Source: Lepidodermella squamata (lineage: Eukaryota; Animalia; Gastrotricha). From it: a DNA stretch of 64,000 bases. Under the pieces are notes generated by a model. That model was not told the DNA's origin. It did no database searches and saw nothing but the letters and a program-made list of their open reading frames with translations. Positions 62,699 to 64,000 of the stretch are shown piece after piece. Location of the stretch: contig JBLDXI010000029.1 in assembly GCA_047495785.1 (NCBI GenBank), forward strand, positions 434,001 through 498,000, read 5' to 3'. A program made the position numbers and the translations under genes. Numbering within the stretch: position 1 is the stretch's first letter; every line of letters starts with the position of its first letter.

Positions 62699-64000
62699 AT
62701 GTTATTGCTGTTTCTAATTGACGTCGTTCCGTTTTTATCGTCGACTCGAGCAGAGGAAAATCCTATAATGAAGGCTCTGAACGACCCGGTAAAATTGAAC
62801 CAAATGCAAGAGCGCTTCTTCGAGCTATGTCCCATCGCTAAAACTAGCAATTTGCCAGCAGCTAACCACTTGCAGACAAACAACTTTTCGAATGCAATTC
62901 AAACCACCCTCGTTTCAAGAATATTACAAATTACTGAGGTCAGTGACTCCACGATGAGGTATGCACAGCAAGAGAAGTTGCATTAAGTTGCATCGATGTC
63001 ACTTCTCACCCGTAATTTTTCAGTGTTACTGTTACAATGACATTTCGAATACTTTGGGACGTTCCGTGTGGCCGTGACATTCGATCGGAATTGCTACCTG
63101 GCTACGAAAATATCTCTCAGAACATTCTAGACCGCATTCAATTCGAGGTGAAAAAAGAGGATGTCTGGTGGCCAGATATGCAGCACATCAATGCGATTGG
63201 TGACTCAAGACCACTGAGGAGGTATATTAACGCTTCTTGATTTGACTGCCAGCTTACAATTCAGCCTTATTTCAGCGAGATTTATGTGAAAATAAGGCCG
63301 TTTCGTGGTCCGAATCCGAACTTCCTTATCTACTGCGTTCGACCGTTCAAGTCCATGTGTTTCGGCTTCAAATACACAAAATTTCCATTTGACTCAGCTT
63401 CTTGCAATTACGAATTCGAGAATGAAAACACGAGGAATGAAGCAACAATTAAAATAGGAGAACTGACTGTTATATCGTCTTATCCCCCTCTGCGAGCTGA
63501 CGACATTTGGAGCTTTGTCAGTTACAATGGTTCCGTTTTCAACGCAGGTGGCTCGGATCACGCTACGTTGACGCTGATTCTCAACCGAAAGTATCAGTAC
63601 TACGTGGGAAACGTATTTCTTCCAACAGTGACTTTATTTCTTCTGCAAGTCGGCGGCCTTCTAATAGATCCAACCCAATCCGACAGAGCCACGTTTTGCG
63701 TTACTGTCAACCTCGCCATGACTGTTGTGCTGACTCTTGTTTTCTCGCTGATTCCTCGCACAGCTGAGGAAGTCTATCTAATCACTGTTGTCATATATTT
63801 GATGTTGATTTGCGTTGTAATTACGATTTACACTCTAGCTACTGGTGTTTATGCTAAGACGGAGACGATGAAGCGGATAATTCTCGAAAATGTGATTAGA
63901 GACGGTGTGCGAGTGGTTAGATTGATTGATTTAGCAGCTGCTTCGTTCGCATTTTCGTTTGGTATCACCGTCATTATTGTATACTTCAGCAAAATGACGT
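62699..64000 (+). CDS. Divergent Cys-loop ligand-gated ion channel subunit, 3 exons, truncated by the window end within or just after M4
   Basis: Signal peptide MLLLFLIDVVPFLSSTRA; VWWPD; loop CFGFKYTKFPFDSASC; LNRKYQYY..VFLP; M2 SDRATFCVTVNL; IPRT; M4 VRLIDL. Introns near 62959-63023 and 63222-63275. Confidence 0.85.

Overview
Gene-dense eukaryotic DNA from a compact invertebrate animal genome with motile-cilia genes. Most introns are GT-AG and about 50 nt long; the taxon cannot be fixed from the sequence. Left to right: about 6 kb of non-coding, enhancer-like DNA; an intronless ciliary pair (CCDC42/CFAP73-like and TEKT2, +); a tight minus-strand run BLTP1/KIAA1109 (about 4,800 aa, 11 exons) -> RCL1 -> DMAP1; DEPDC1-like (+); a Cys-loop ligand-gated ion channel with two N-terminal LamG/pentraxin-like domains and a frame break (-); a tRNA-Asp relic; RGS22 (-); PAIP1 (+); a tandem NB-ARC + ankyrin STAND/NLR-like gene (-); and a second divergent Cys-loop channel running off the right edge (+). 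The minus-strand run has operon-like spacing, and each of its genes appears to carry an antisense passenger in an intron: an S1 serine protease, a FLYWCH-MULE gene lacking its catalytic Glu, and a zinc-knuckle relic. The best leads are the LamG-LamG-pLGIC fusion, the double-NB-ARC-ankyrin receptor, and the candidate trans-spliced operons. Exon boundaries were read by hand; family assignments come from recognised motifs, not database searches.
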